From: Chrysomallon squamiferum
Lineage: Eukaryota > Animalia > Mollusca
DNA length: 64,000 nucleotides
Direction of reading: 5' to 3'
Assembly: GCA_012295275.1 (NCBI GenBank)
Contig: CM022669.1
Span: 806,001 to 870,000 of the forward strand
The position numbers were made by a program, and so were the translations under genes. The notes under the pieces were generated by a model. That model made no database searches. It saw only the letters and a program-made list of their open reading frames with translations, and had not been told where the DNA came from. Of the stretch, positions 1 to 14,853 are shown one piece after another; positions within the stretch are counted from its first letter, which is position 1, and every line of letters begins with the position of its first letter.

Positions 1-430
1 ATGCATACATACATATATACCTACATATACAGTTATACATTCCTATACATACCTACATATACGTTTATACATTCATATACATACTAATTCATCCCGACTA
101 CGACACATATATGTATATCCCAACTGAGAATAACCGTATGTACATTCCACCCCATACACACTTACATACACAAACACTGACACACAGAGAAATCTGTCAC
201 TTACGTGTGTGCGTACTTGTCAGTGTGCGTGCGTGCGTTCCCTTTGGCACATGTAACATGGCAGATTGTCAGAGTTCGATGTGAAAGACGAATTATTCAC
301 AAACACGTGGCGAACACACGACACATGTGTTTAATCAATGCGAGGCACATGTTAAAAACCTGTGTGTCATTCAGCCGCATTACGTTTATTTATATTTATG
401 TGTGTATGAGTGTGTGTATATGTATGTGTG

Positions 431-545
431 CTTATGTTTGTGTGTGTGTTAATTAGTGACTAGTGTGTTGTTCATTAGTGACTAGTGTGTTGTTCATTAG
501 TGACTAGTGTGTTGCTGATTAGTGACTAGTGTGTTGTTGATTAAT
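431..545. repeat. 22-bp minisatellite (ATTAGTGACTAGTGTGTTGTTC), ~5 copies
   Basis: Direct tandem copies visible; followed by a short 10-bp GGATCAG repeat at ~558-597. Confidence 0.85.
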
Positions 546-2434
546 AACTGAAGTTATGGATCAGGGTGGATCAGGGATGGATCAGTGTGGATCAGTGTTC
601 CAGACACGTCTATTCTTTTTCTGTCTGTGGATGTCATGTTAAAACAAATGTACAGAAATGCGTTCAAGTGTGTTTTGAAAATGCTTTCATTAATAATGTA
701 ATGCGCACTTGTACTTGTAATATTAATATACTTTGACGTCTGTGGTAATACAATCGAATACGAAACGTATTCTATTACTTAGCTCTGCAAATACATCATT
801 TATTGCTGGATATATAATAACCTTATACAGAAGCAGAAAGCTGTATCGTGTTCTGTACAATGTCACAGCAACCTTTGTCAGTATAAATATTTCATTTCAG
901 GTTAAATTGAGTGAACTTGTCTGTTAAGCAGCTACTAATTAATGTCAAATTGATCCAGATCGTTAATTTCGCACTGGTGAAAGAATATCGAAACGATCTA
1001 CATGTGTGTCTGTTTATAAAACGATTATTTATAAAGATAAGTCGAATTTGTCAACTGTTAATAAAAACATAGTGATCTGCCGCAGGCATAGTGATTTTTC
1101 CATGTTGACGTTACAGAATCTTCACTCTGTCTCTGCCTCTCTCTCTGTGTATCTAACTTTCCATCTGTCTATCTCTCTATCTATCCATTCATCCGACCAT
1201 CTGTCAATCCATCCATTTATCCATCTATTTCTCCTATTTCTTTCATTTCTTCCACTACAGACAACAAAAGAACATTTCATAATTTAGAATGACATATTAA
1301 AGTCACTTGGCTAACAAACAACAGGTGAACCTTCATTTCCAATAGTTTTCTTCTCTGTATATAAACATAGACGTTTCTCGTTTGTTTTTCACGTTACATT
1401 AGTGCATGTTTACAACAGGCATTTTTATCAAACACTGTCTTGCTGATTTCAGCTGCCAACTCGAGAGAGCAAACAACAGTAATTTTATCTGGGTAATGTT
1501 TTCAGTGATTACAACAATTCTCTTTAAAGTGCAGTAGGCTGGCGTGTATTTCGCGTGCAGATAAATATTGTGATTAGAATATTTTTGTCGATCTTATTAC
1601 AAAAAACCACATAAACCTGTTACAACAACACATAAACCTGTTTTTACTTGTTGGCTCTTGGTTTTGTTTAATTCACGTATCAATGTTTTCATCCTTACAG
1701 AGCGATAACCACACCTATGTATCAGTGTTAAAATGTGACAACAAAAACTAAGATTTTGTAAGAATTCAGTATTTATCAGTGATGGTAACCTATTTCTGCT
1801 CATACGTATCTAACATCGAAACAACTGCATTGAATATTACTGTCCATTCTCTAATTCTTGTTAAAACGAATATTTTATTTATCAGTTTTTACTATCTAGG
1901 TCAGTGAACCAGATCAAACAGTTTTATTATCAGTGAACGTTTTTAAAAATTCATTTGACGATGAATATAACATCCACGCTCAACTGATTACACTGAACAG
2001 ATCTAATGGCAGTTTGTATACGCAGAGTGTCTCAGTAATCACAATCTGAGTAGGTAGGTTTTTGCCGGCTCAGTGTCACATTACCAGATCAGTTTGATAA
2101 ATACAGATATTGTCAGTACTCGTGAAACCCAGTAAAGAAATAGAGTGTGATATTCACTGTGAATAATTTAATATTTCTTCACTGGTTACCCAGGTGACCT
2201 GCTTTGTGGCTAAACTCTGAAACGCAGTTACTGGACCCGTGTTCATTTCGCTTGACGGACAAACATATCAGTTTCAGTTGCATTTAAATAATATCGTAAC
2301 TGATTTTTTTCTTTATGATGATCATCATCATCATCATAAACATAATCATCATCAGTGTTTTCATTTGTTCTTTCTATTATTCATGCTCTTGATGTTGTAT
2401 TTTACGTCTGCAAGTTAACTTCTACCTACGTACC

Positions 2435-2443
2435 TGTCTGTCT

Positions 2444-2482
<39 letters not shown>

Positions 2483-2488
2483 GTCTGA

Positions 2489-2578
<90 letters not shown>

Positions 2579-2743
2579 GTCTGTCTGTCTATCTATCTAT
2601 CTGTCTGTCTGTCTGTCTGTCTGTCTGCCTATCTGTCTGTCTGTCTGTCTGTCTATATATCTATCTATCTGTCTGTCTGTCTGTCTGTCTATCTGTCTGT
2701 CTGTCTGTCTATCCATCCATCTATCTATCTATCTATCTATCTG

Positions 2744-2782
<39 letters not shown>

Positions 2783-2897
2783 GTCTGTCTGTCTGCCTGT
2801 CTGTCTGTCTGCCTGTCTGTCTTTCTGTCTATCTTTTATCTATCTATCTGTCTGTTTGTCTGTCTGTCTGTCTATCTATCTGTCTATCTATCTATCT
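2435..2897. repeat. Compound (TCTG)n/(TCTA)n microsatellite
   Basis: Seen directly; explains spurious ORF 2355-2966. Confidence 0.95.
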
Positions 2898-3519
2898 AAG
2901 TACACAAGCACGCACACACACGCACACGCAAACACAAACACAGTTTCCCTCTCTGCAGACAAATAAAAGGCTATTGGTGTTCATTAATGTATCTACTGAA
3001 CTATTTAATACACTTGAATAACGTTCTACGTTGTATTGTGTTCGTATAAAATGTTTTTTTAGCAACATCATCATTATTACTAACAACAACAGAGCGCCTG
3101 TTTCATCATTTTCCTCGAATAACTGAATATGAAATTACCCTACATCTGGCAGTTTAGTGCTGTCTTGTTTTATACGTCGCTACGTTCAAAAGAGATTTTA
3201 TAATTTGCACGAGTATTCCGTACAGTTCAGAGAAAACATTACAATGAAAATTATCTAGTGCTCTAAGTAACATTCAGCAATCTGCAACGAGCTTTAACTT
3301 TAAATAACTTTTAATGTATTAAATCCATGACAAAGAAATCAGAGAATATTTATCCCGTAACCGTTTCAATTTTTTTTTTTTTTTTTTTTTTAGGATACTT
3401 AAAGAAAAATAATTTTAGTATTAAGAATGAAAATCGAGCATTGGAGATTTATCTCCCTTGAACAGAACTGTTTCCAGTGCCATGTCCAAAAGTTAATTAT
3501 ATTAAATTTCTCTTCTGTG

Positions 3520-3701
3520 TAATAATCATAATAATAATAATAAAAATAATAACAACAACAACAACAACAACAACAACAATAATAATAATAATAAAATAAT
3601 AATAATAATAAATAATAATAATAATAATAATAGTAATAACAATAACAATAATAATTATAATAACAACAACAACAACAACAACAACAACAATAATAATAAT
3701 C

Positions 3702-3766
<65 letters not shown>

Positions 3767-3826
3767 TAATAATAATAATAATAAAAACAATCAATAATAA
3801 TAATAACAAAAAAAACAACAACAACA
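3520..3826. repeat. (AAT)n/(AAC)n microsatellite
   Basis: Seen directly. Confidence 0.95.
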
Positions 3827-4151
3827 ATTAATATATTTATCCAGGGTTTGTTAAAATTATTATATTTATACAGGGTTTAACGTTTGTCAGACTGAACAAT
3901 GATTCTAAATGCTAAAAATACATTTTACAGTTTTTTCCGTAATGATTATTAATTATCCAGTTCCAAATAATGATTTTGACCTAATTTCATTAAATTACAT
4001 TTCTAACTTATAAACTGCTTTTTTAACGTTTATGATAAAGTTTAGAAAATTTCTAATTGCACAAAATTTTATATAATGACCCTGAACACAAACACACTTT
4101 TATATGAACGACATCATCATGGGTTGTTTCGTTTCTGTTTTTGTTGTTAAT

Positions 4152-4174
4152 GCTACCACCACTACCATTACCAG

Positions 4175-4210
<36 letters not shown>

Positions 4211-4315
4211 CCTACTAACTACTACTACTATTACTACTACTACTACTAGTAGTACTACTATTACTACTACTACCACTACAACTACTTCTACTACCACTAC
4301 TACCACTATTACTAT
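4152..4315. repeat. (ACT)n microsatellite
   Basis: Seen directly. Confidence 0.9.
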
Positions 4316-4884
4316 TTTATCAACAACATAATCTTTAAAACATTATAAGAAAACAAAAAGTAGGAGAGATTTCAGTGTACATTAAAATTTTCTGACAACA
4401 CATCGCACACGCAATGAAAATGACAATCACTTTTATTTCCTGCTCCTGTATTCCGGGGCTATTTTTTTTTTTTAGAACATTCAGTCAAAAGTAACATAAA
4501 AATATTTCCGTTGTTGTCGACAAAGCAGATCTTTAAAATACTACACTTAAACACGTTCTAACATGTTCAGCTGTTTAGATTTGTTAAACGTTCTGGCAGC
4601 GTTTAGATACAACACAGTGTAAATGTATTTTAAAGAACGATAACCCATCTGGTGAACATTCGCAGACATTTGTTTTCTAAATTTTAGTTGTTATTAAAAT
4701 ATTTACATTTTTAACATTTTCTTATGAATAAAATTTAATAATAATATCACTAACATTTATTTTTTGATCTAAATGTTTTATTGTTATTGTTGTTATTTGT
4801 CTAACGTATAACGTTTCAATACGGGTAATGTCTACATTCAAAACATTGCATTACTGTTTACAACAAGGAAAGTTTAATCAACTG

Positions 4885-5565
4885 AATTGTATACTATACA
4901 TCCTAATACATTTACAGAAGTGTATACTATACATTTTCATACATTTACAGAAGCATATACTATACATCGTTATAAATTTACAGAAGCGTATACTATACAT
5001 CCTAATACATTTATAGAAATGTATACTATGCAATCTAATACATTTACAGAAGCATATACTATACATCGTTATACATTTACAGAAGCGTATACAGAAATGT
5101 ATACTATGTATTCTAATACATTTACAGAAAGTTATTCTATACATCTTTATACTGTACAAGCTAATTCACTTACAGAAGTGTATACTGTACATCTTTATCC
5201 ACTTACAGAAATGTATACTGTATATCTTTATACACTAACAGAAATGTATACTGTATATCTTTATACACTTACAGAAATGTATACTGTATATCTTTATACA
5301 CTTACAGAAATGTATACTGTATATCTTTATACACTAACAGAAATGTATACTGTATATCTTTATACACTAACAGAAATGTATACTGTATATCTTTATACAC
5401 TTACAGAAATGTATACTGTATATCTTTATACACTTACAGAAATGTATACTGTATATCTTTATACACTACAGAAATGTATACTGTATATCTTTATACACTT
5501 ACAGAAGTGCATACTGTACATCCTATTACATTTACAGAAGCGTATGCTATACATCTTTATACACA
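4885..5565. repeat. 33-bp minisatellite (CTTACAGAAATGTATACTGTATATCTTTATACA), ~20 copies, just downstream of the GPCR1 stop
   Basis: 33-bp periodicity; translates as an 11-aa repeat in ORF 4887-5579. Confidence 0.92.
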
Positions 5566-5584
5566 TACAAACCACGTAAATGTT

Positions 5585-6541
5585 TTAGAAAATTTCATCG
5601 TTTGTATTAGCTTCAGTGACGACGTCCACCTCCTGCGACTTGCATCCAAATATTTCTCTAAACGCCTTCTTGAAGGAGCGATTTTTTATTCCATAAATAA
5701 AACAGTTGACGCCTGAACTGCAGACTCCGAGAAGGGAGACAATCCTGAGTCCTAACAAACTTGTAAGTTTAGGACTGAAAACGCTGATAAAGAGAAAAAT
5801 GAGCTGAGGAATCCAGCAGAGCAGAGAGAAGAAGTAGACGGTGAGGACGAGAGTGGACTTGAGCGAGTCCTGCCGTCTGCGCGCCGTCTGGTCCTGGTTC
5901 CGGTCTCTCAGGCGCATCAGCACTTCCGCCGCCAGCACGCGCAGGAAGCAGACGAATCCTGCAAGTTGGACAACAAATATGACAGACACCACAGCCCAGA
6001 CGTAGTAAGCCGGCAGGATGTTGGTGTTGAAACATATTTTGCCTGGAGCCCACAGATCGATTCCGCAGAGGATGGGCAGAGCCACGCACACTGCCGCAGC
6101 AAAGATGGCGGCACAGCAGACGAGGCTGCGCGTGACCGTCACGCTTGAGTGATAGTGGAAAGGAAACTGCACCGCATAGAAACGTTCAACAGACAGAACA
6201 GACAGAAACAGCATGGCGCACATGACTGACAAATAGGAGATGAAAATGTTAATTAAACACGGAACGCGGTCCATAAACAGGTACAAATAATTAGAGAAAA
6301 CTATTTTTGTTGGCATGTAAATTCCTCCCATCATGAGATCTCCGACAGCAAGACCCACGATCATGACGTTACTGGGAGACCTCAGCCACTTGAACCTGCA
6401 CACCGCAGAAATAATGAGAATGTTTCCACACACGATCACCGGAACGACTGCGACTTCAAACACAAGTATCGTGTTTCTGGTCGTCCGCTTGGCTTCATCC
6501 ACCTCTGCTGTGTCAGACAGACCTGAACTGTTGTTAGACAT
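5585..6541 (-). CDS. Class A (rhodopsin-like) orphan GPCR 1, 318 aa, single coding exon
   Basis: Seven hydrophobic segments; N-terminal NxS sequon; TM1 GN (CGNIL), TM2 LAVGD, TM3 ERFYAV (DRY variant), ECL2 Cys, TM6 CWIP, TM7 NCFIY, helix 8 FKKAF. An acceptor (TTTTAG, 6570-6571) lies just upstream of the ATG. Confidence 0.93.
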   Translation of the reverse strand: MSNNSSGLSDTAEVDEAKRTTRNTILVFEVAVVPVIVCGNILIISAVCRFKWLRSPSNVMIVGLAVGDLMMGGIYMPTKIVFSNYLYLFMDRVPCLINIFISYLSVMCAMLFLSVLSVERFYAVQFPFHYHSSVTVTRSLVCCAAIFAAAVCVALPILCGIDLWAPGKICFNTNILPAYYVWAVVSVIFVVQLAGFVCFLRVLAAEVLMRLRDRNQDQTARRRQDSLKSTLVLTVYFFSLLCWIPQLIFLFISVFSPKLTSLLGLRIVSLLGVCSSGVNCFIYGIKNRSFKKAFREIFGCKSQEVDVVTEANTNDEIF

Positions 6542-7704
6542 TTTGCTTCACGTCGTTTTCTTGAGGTAACTAAAACAAACGACATTAAAAAACTTACAGT
6601 CTTTACCTCAAACTGATCACAAAGTTTGTAGCCGGTTCATGAATAATCTATATTTTATTTATTGTCACAGACCTTTTTAGAGGCCATTTGTAATTAATTT
6701 AATATTAACTATAACAAAGACCCGTCTTTTTCCTGAGATGCTGCAAAGAGAAAAATTAGAAACGAACCTTCACTGGCTCAGACTGATGACAGTATATTAT
6801 AAATCCATATTTTATTTATTGTCATAGACATTTATTTATAATTAAATGTAACAAAGCCCCGCTGCCAAACATGGACAACAAAGACATTCTGTATTGGAAA
6901 CAAAGACTTGTCAAAGGACACTCAGAGAGTAAAATAATAAGTTTTATAATTTTATAAAAGATTAAAGGAATTATTTCTACACTTTTATTTCTCATTTCAG
7001 ATGAAAAATTAAAAAAAAAAAAAAAAAGTCGCTGAAAGATGAAGAGATATTGATTCTTTAGAAAACAAATAACTATCATATCTTTGGTTCTCCAAATAAG
7101 TTTTCATTTACTAATTTGTTTAATGAGAAAAATATGTTTATGTTAAACAAATATGTTTATGTTAAACAGATTTTATCTGTGGACAAGAACAGCGTGAGAG
7201 ACAGCGTCAATCAACGTTTCTACGACACAGTGAAAAATTCGCATAAATTTCAAATCTTTGCTGGATTTTAACAAAATAAATTTTGTAAAAAAACATTGAT
7301 AACATTTTTAAATTTAATTCATTTAATTCATTTAATTAATTAATTAATTAATTAATTTTATTCATTCATTTATTTATATATGAACGTACGTACGTGTATA
7401 TGCATGTATGTATGTATATGTGTATGGATATATGTCTGTATATGTGTGTGTGTATGTTTCTAGGTATGTATGTATTTATTTGTTTATTTTTTTATTTATT
7501 TGTTTATTTATTTCTTAATTTCTCTGCATACATAATAAAATAAAAATCTTTGTAAATATAAATATGTTTTAATGTCGATTTATTAATTTTCCATACGTCA
7601 ACTGTACTTTAAATTGAACATATTCCATTTCCCCGTGACTTTCTTAAACAGCAACTGAAACTGGATGATAAAACAGTGTGTGTACTTAGTTCAATGGCTG
7701 GCAA

Positions 7705-7898
7705 ACTGAAGTGACTATTTCACAACGCTGTTACTGTATTTAACAAAGGAACGTCCACGTGGTCAGACTGAAGTGTCTATTTCACAACGCTGTTACTGTA
7801 TTTAACACAAGAACGTCCACGTGGTCAGATTGAAGTGACTATTTCACAACGCTGTTACTGTATTTAACAAAGGAACGTCCACGTGGTCAGACTGAAGT
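7705..7898. repeat. 62-bp tandem repeat, 3 copies
   Basis: TGAAGTGACTATTTCACAACGCTGTTACTGTATTTAACAAAGGAACGTCCACGTGGTCAGA repeated. Confidence 0.9.
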
Positions 7899-7920
7899 AA
7901 AAACAGAGTGACACAAACAA

Positions 7921-7990
7921 ACTTACCTGCCGTGGATGAATGGACTTGTTAGTAAATTAACTTCTGTCGTGTGGAATATTTTAAAACAGA
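7921..7990 (-). other. Candidate non-coding 5' exon of GPCR1 ending at a consensus donor
   Basis: Perfect CAG|GTAAGT on the minus strand at ~7921-7929, upstream of the acceptor at 6570; exon start unknown. Confidence 0.35.
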
Positions 7991-9022
7991 AAGAGCAGCT
8001 CTGCAGACAACTTCCATGAGTAAATAACTGAAATAAATCACACCCCACCCCGCCATGAAACTTGTTGTTTAATAATATAAAGATATAAAAAATTGTCCAT
8101 TAGTGTTATTAGAATAAAATAAATTAATGCAGAGATTAGATAAGTGTAGAATCAACAAAATTATTTTGTTCGTATGCTTGAACATAGAATTTTGATGTCA
8201 TCACATTAAATGAATTGATGTTAGAACTTACCTTTTAACAATCATCACGTGCAAATTTACCTTTATTAGATATCAATGTTTTTAGATAACGGTGCATTCA
8301 CAACAAACACACACACATACACATACACACACATACACACATACACACACACACACACTAAGCATTCTTTCATAAGTACCAAAAACACAAAACGCAACCA
8401 GCATACAAAACATATACATGTACATAGACCTCACACGTGCATACACACATATATCCACACGCATACATTCACACACATACACACATAAACAAACATATCA
8501 GTACAAACACCATAATTCATGAATATCATATTACAAACATATATACACACACATACATACACACATATATAAATATAAATAATTAAATACGTACGTTTGC
8601 GAGTAGTTCTGTGTGTGCATGTGTATAAAATCCACGACAAACTAAACAAGAGATAATAAAAATCAGACTGAAATGGTAAAATTACTAATACTCTTTAGTT
8701 AACAGATTTTATTTTCTTAAATTTCGTTTCTAATACGAAATTTCATTCCATTCCTGCGTTTCAATTAACTGATTATTATGTCTGTCTTCAGTTTAATAAC
8801 GCTAATGGCAGTTCAAAAAAAACGGCGAACAAAACAAAAACGTTTATGTCATTTTTTGATAAACATTATTAAAATTAATCCATTTGTTGTGAACTCTGTT
8901 TAAACGACTTACTTATATATCTGTGCTGAAAGTCACGTTTGAAGGTTTTGTTGCAGTCGACGGAGAGATGCATGGATAGATAAATAAGTAGATAGACAGA
9001 GAGATAGAAAGATAGAGAACAT

Positions 9023-9812
<790 letters not shown>

Positions 9813-9947
9813 TCTTCATTATCATCATCATCAGTATCATTATCAACATCAATAATTATTATTAATGTTGTTTCTCTTATTATTATTGGTTCTGTCCTGG
9901 TTATTGTTGCTGTCGCTGCTACTGTTTTTATTTTTCTTCTGTTAACG

Positions 9948-9986
<39 letters not shown>

Positions 9987-10589
9987 AAAGTCACTGCGAA
10001 TATCCGCATGTTCTGCGAAGACATTATCATTAACTAAGATTTGTTTCTGATCCACAGCGAATGTTCTAGAGCAAGCACATTAACTGATCCTGTACTGGAA
10101 GGTGCAGTTTGATACAAACTTCTAACGGAAGAAAAGAAAGAAGATGAAATAGTAGTCACACATGAATGGAAATGACTGATGTTTACTGATAGAGCTGTGA
10201 ATATGAAAAGAAACGAAAAAAAAAAAAAAAAAATAAAAAAAGTAAAGAACAACAACAACAAAAAATTAAAACGAAAAACCAAACAAAAAGAAACACACAA
10301 AACAAAAAAGAAACAGAAAAAAAAAAAGACATCGACAAAGAAACACGTTTGTAATGAAAGCTTTCCTGGCCTGACGTGCGAAACTCTGAGAGCTGGATAA
10401 CGAAGTAGATGACTGATCTACCAGCTAGAAAACCCAGCAGCAAGAAATATTATAATAAAAACTATTTCTGTTTGGTAAGTAGTATCACTATACGCACACA
10501 TATTCATATATGCAGGAAACACACACACACACACACATTACTTTGTCTTTTATTATATTACACTATTTAGTACTGTAGGTATTGCTCTG

Positions 10590-11370
10590 TGTGGTACTCT
10601 TTGTATTTTGTTGTCTGATATATTCCATTACATTGTGTTGTGTAGTATTGTGTTGTAAGTGTATTGTATTATGTTGTATGGTTCTGTATTTTGTTGTATT
10701 ATATTATGTAGTTTGTTGTATTTGTACTGTGTAGCATTGTGTTGTAATGTGTTGTATTATGTTGTATGGTGTTGTATTTTGTTGTATTGTATTGTGTATC
10801 AATGTGTTGTAATGTGTTGTACGGTGCTGTATATTCTTGAACTGTATTACACTGTGTTGTAATATGTTGTATTATGTTGCATGATGCTGTATTTTGTTGT
10901 ATTATATTGTGTAGCATTGTGTTTAATGTGTTATATTATGTTGTATGATGCTGTATTTTGTTGTACTGTATTGTGTAGTACTGTGTTGTATTATGTTGTA
11001 ATGTGTTGTATTGTGTTGTATGATGCTGTATTGTATGGTGCTGTATTTTTGTTGAAACTGTTGTTCTATGTTTGTATTGTGTTGCATTATGTTGTTGTAA
11101 TTTGTTGTATTTAATGTTGTATGATGCTGATGCTGTATTTTGTTGTATTGTATTGTGTAGTATTGTTGTATTATGTTGTGTGTTTTATTATGTTGTATGG
11201 TGCTGTATTTTGTTGTATTGTATTGTAGTATTGTGTTACTGTCTCGTACTGTGTTGTAATGTCTTATATTGTGATCTAGTTCATTGTATGTGTTGTGTTA
11301 TTTCTTGTATTGTGTTATATTATGCTGTTTTGCGTTGTGTTATGTTATATTGTACTGTGTTGAACTGTGT
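10590..11370. repeat. Degenerate 5-mer (TGTAT/TGTTG) low-complexity repeat
   Basis: Seen directly. Confidence 0.85.
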
Positions 11371-12059
11371 TAATTATAACTTGAAGTGCATGTGCTCACA
11401 TTAGACATCCGGTTCACTGTTATGATAATCAATAATACTTTTCCATATATCAGTCTTTAAAATGATCTGGTATGTATATTAGTGAGGATAGTGAACTGTA
11501 AAAATATATTTAAAATGTAATTTATTGTACAATAAAATTATTTATATATTTAATAGTAATATGTACAGGTAAGTATGAATAATGTTATGCAAGACTATCG
11601 TATAAGAGCATCAGCAACTGTATTAGTTGTAGTTGTTGTTGTAGTGGTCGTCGTTTTACTAATAGCAATATTAGTAGTTCTAATAATAGTAACAGTAATA
11701 ATAGTAATAGTAATAGATAATTGTAGCAGTTGGATAATAGCAATTGTTGTAGTAGTTGTTGTGATGTAGTCGTTGACGTCGTGATTGTAGTAATGGAAGT
11801 AGAAGTATTATTAGTGGTCATGGAAGTTATATTAATAGTGATAGTAATGTTGTTGTGGTTGTAGTAGTCGTAGTAGAATCAGTATTAGTAGTAGTAGTAG
11901 TAATAGTACTTGTTGTAGTATCAGTAGAATTAGTAATAGCAGTAGTAAAAAAGTAGTGTTGTCGTTGTAATTTTTATTGTACTATGAAAAGTTTTGTTTT
12001 TGTTATTCAAATAAGATATGACACAAAGAAATCGCACAACTAGTCAAAGGATCTGATCG

Positions 12060-12236
12060 CGTAGACTGGTCACGTTGGCTGGTCACATAGACTGGTCACG
12101 TGGACTGGTCACGCTGACTGGTCACGTAGACTGGTCACTTGGACTGGTCACGTAGACTGGTTACGTTGGTCACTTCTGGTCAGTAGACTGGTCATGTCGC
12201 TGTTGTTCTGGGTAATCTGGTCACGTGACTGGTCAA
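12060..12236. repeat. ~13-bp degenerate repeat GACTGGTCACGT(A/G), ~12 copies
   Basis: Seen directly. Confidence 0.85.
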
Positions 12237-13971
12237 ACATCAGATGTTGTTTTCTGGTAATCGTGTGTGGAAACATCAGAGTTGTTTGTGTAGATTCCAG
12301 TCACTCGGCTTGTTTACCTCATTGCCAGTGTTTTCACCTTACAACAGTGTCTACATCCAGCAGTCGTGTCTACATCCAGCCCCGGAATCAACGTCTTTAT
12401 TTATTAAATTAATATTCGCACTTTTATAAAAGCTTTCAGACAACTGTGTAGCTGCAGAAAACAGGCTCCGTAAACAGTCAGGCTATACAAGGTAAATCAA
12501 TAATAATAAATTACTTATGACAAAATTGTAGATAAAAGTAACTGAAAAGAGAAAACAAGAGGAGTGACATACTACAATAAAGAAAAAAGGCATTTCTTAA
12601 TTTTATCTTCACACTGTTATAACTGTCTGTCAACGTTTGTGTATAAAACATGTTGACAGATTCAAATTTTAAGTGTTAGACGTTTCAGTTGTTTGCATTT
12701 TTAGAAATAGAAATTTGTTCCGAGATATTTTCTTTTTCTTCTTCTTTTTTTTACCTTTTATTATTTATATTTTATCTCGGAATATTTGAATATTTTAAAC
12801 TTTCTTTAATAACTGTTTTCCTTTAGCTGAATTTATCAAAGGTTTTTTTTTTTTTTTTTTCTCTGTTTTTTCTCATTTTGTTTTCGTCTTACCTCTTGTA
12901 TTTCAGGCAAATATTTATTTAAATCAGTGAAGTGCTGTAAACAGTGGATAAAACTAAAAATATCACATCAAAACTAAACACTGTTAAAGCTTAACAAATT
13001 AAAAATATCACATCAAAACTAAACACTGTTAAAGCTTAACAAACAGTTTACACTGAGAATTTCCAGAAGAATAACACAAACAGTTTTTTCATTGTGTGAC
13101 GTTGTTGATGAATTACTACAGACGATGACGATAATGATTAGGATGCTGAAGATAATTAAAATGACAATGATGATGGTATATAGTGATTTGTGGTGATAAT
13201 TATGATAATTATTATGATGCTGATGATAATTAATATAATGATGATGATGATAAAGGTAACGATGATGACGATAGTATAATGATAATAGTTGTGAATTTGC
13301 AGAAGATGACTGGTAGTTATAATGACGATGTACAATGGTGAAATATTTAATCTCAAACGTTGTATACTGTTACACGGTACGTTGTAACGTTCAGTTATAA
13401 ATTCCTGTTATGCTAGTTTGTGCAGTTTCTTACACTGTTAATATCTGCTTTTTCTGAGAGCTAACAAAGTCGACCGGAAAATCAGAAAAATATTACAGTT
13501 TTATCTTCCTTCTTATTACCGTTTTCTATTCCATACTAATTGTCCTTCATATATTCTTATATCAATTACTTATAAACTTTATATGGCTTCGGTTTTCTAA
13601 ATCACACATTATATATATATAATAAGAAAGAAATTTAGATTAGTAAAAGTAAATGTGGACACTGTTGTACTGTAGACAATGATTAAAACATAAAAGCTGA
13701 TACAATAATTTGCAGACATGTTTGATGTTTTATTTTCGGTCTGGTTTTCATTACCAGTGTATATACTGTTATGAATTTAGACTGTTTTGCATTAACAAGG
13801 TAAATGAGTTATTTCAGTGAACTATTTCAGTTTTAAAACATCTGTCCTGATACAGGAACACAAACGCGAGTCTCCTGCTGGACTCAGTAAACTTCTTACT
13901 TTGATGTCTCAGCTCTCTGTCTTCACACAAAATTCTTACAGACAACCCTCAAGTAGTTATATTTATTTCTA

Positions 13972-14028
13972 ACACTACTACTACTATTACTACTACTACT
14001 ACTACTACTAGTACTACTAGTACTGCAG

Positions 14029-14059
<31 letters not shown>

Positions 14060-14360
14060 CACTGCTACTGCTATCATCACCACTACTACTACTAATATCA
14101 CTACTACATCTTTTGTTACTACTGCTACTACCACCACCACCACTACTACTACTAAAACCACTACTACTTCTACTACTAATACCACTACTACATCTTCTGA
14201 TAATACGACTATTATACTACTATAACTACTACTACTGTTATTATTAGTATTATTACTACTACAAGAACTACTACTACTATTACTACTACTACATTAACTA
14301 CTATTACTACTCTTACTACTGCTACTACTACTACTACTACTATATCTACTACTACTACTA
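13972..14360. repeat. (ACT)n microsatellite region
   Basis: Seen directly. Confidence 0.9.
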
Positions 14361-14820
14361 TGTACAAACTAATTTGACGGAGGTTTTAAGTTCACTGATT
14401 CTGTAAACAATCACTGAATTACTTCGAAATGAGTAAAAAGCAGTTTTCAGATTCCGAATCGATAAACAATTTTCTTGATTTAGTTCTCAAAGCCGCGGCA
14501 CAGACAAAGAAACTAATTAAACCTTTATAAACATTTTCTTTCTCACACATAATTACAAACAGTACTTCTAAGATTGCCAAATTCTTAGTTTGTTAAAAAA
14601 GAATGTTTTCTGTTGAAGTGCGACTAATAACAACTTCATACTGCTGTTACTACTGTTACTGCTACTACAACTAAAATAGCTATACTACTACTACTACTAC
14701 CACTACTACTACTAGTACTACTACTCCTACTACTAATACTACTGAAGCTACTACTACTACTATTTCTGCTACTAAAATTACTACAGCTAATGATATTGAC
14801 ACTACTACTACTACTACAAC

Positions 14821-14853
<33 letters not shown>

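Noticed and set aside
2355-4331. Homopolymeric and low-complexity ORFs here and throughout the window (poly-I, Y, T, ER, LS, MYVC)
   Set aside because: Microsatellite translations.
4887-5579. 230-aa ORF with an 11-aa repeat
   Set aside because: Translation of a 33-bp minisatellite antisense to the GPCR1 3' region; no independent coding evidence.
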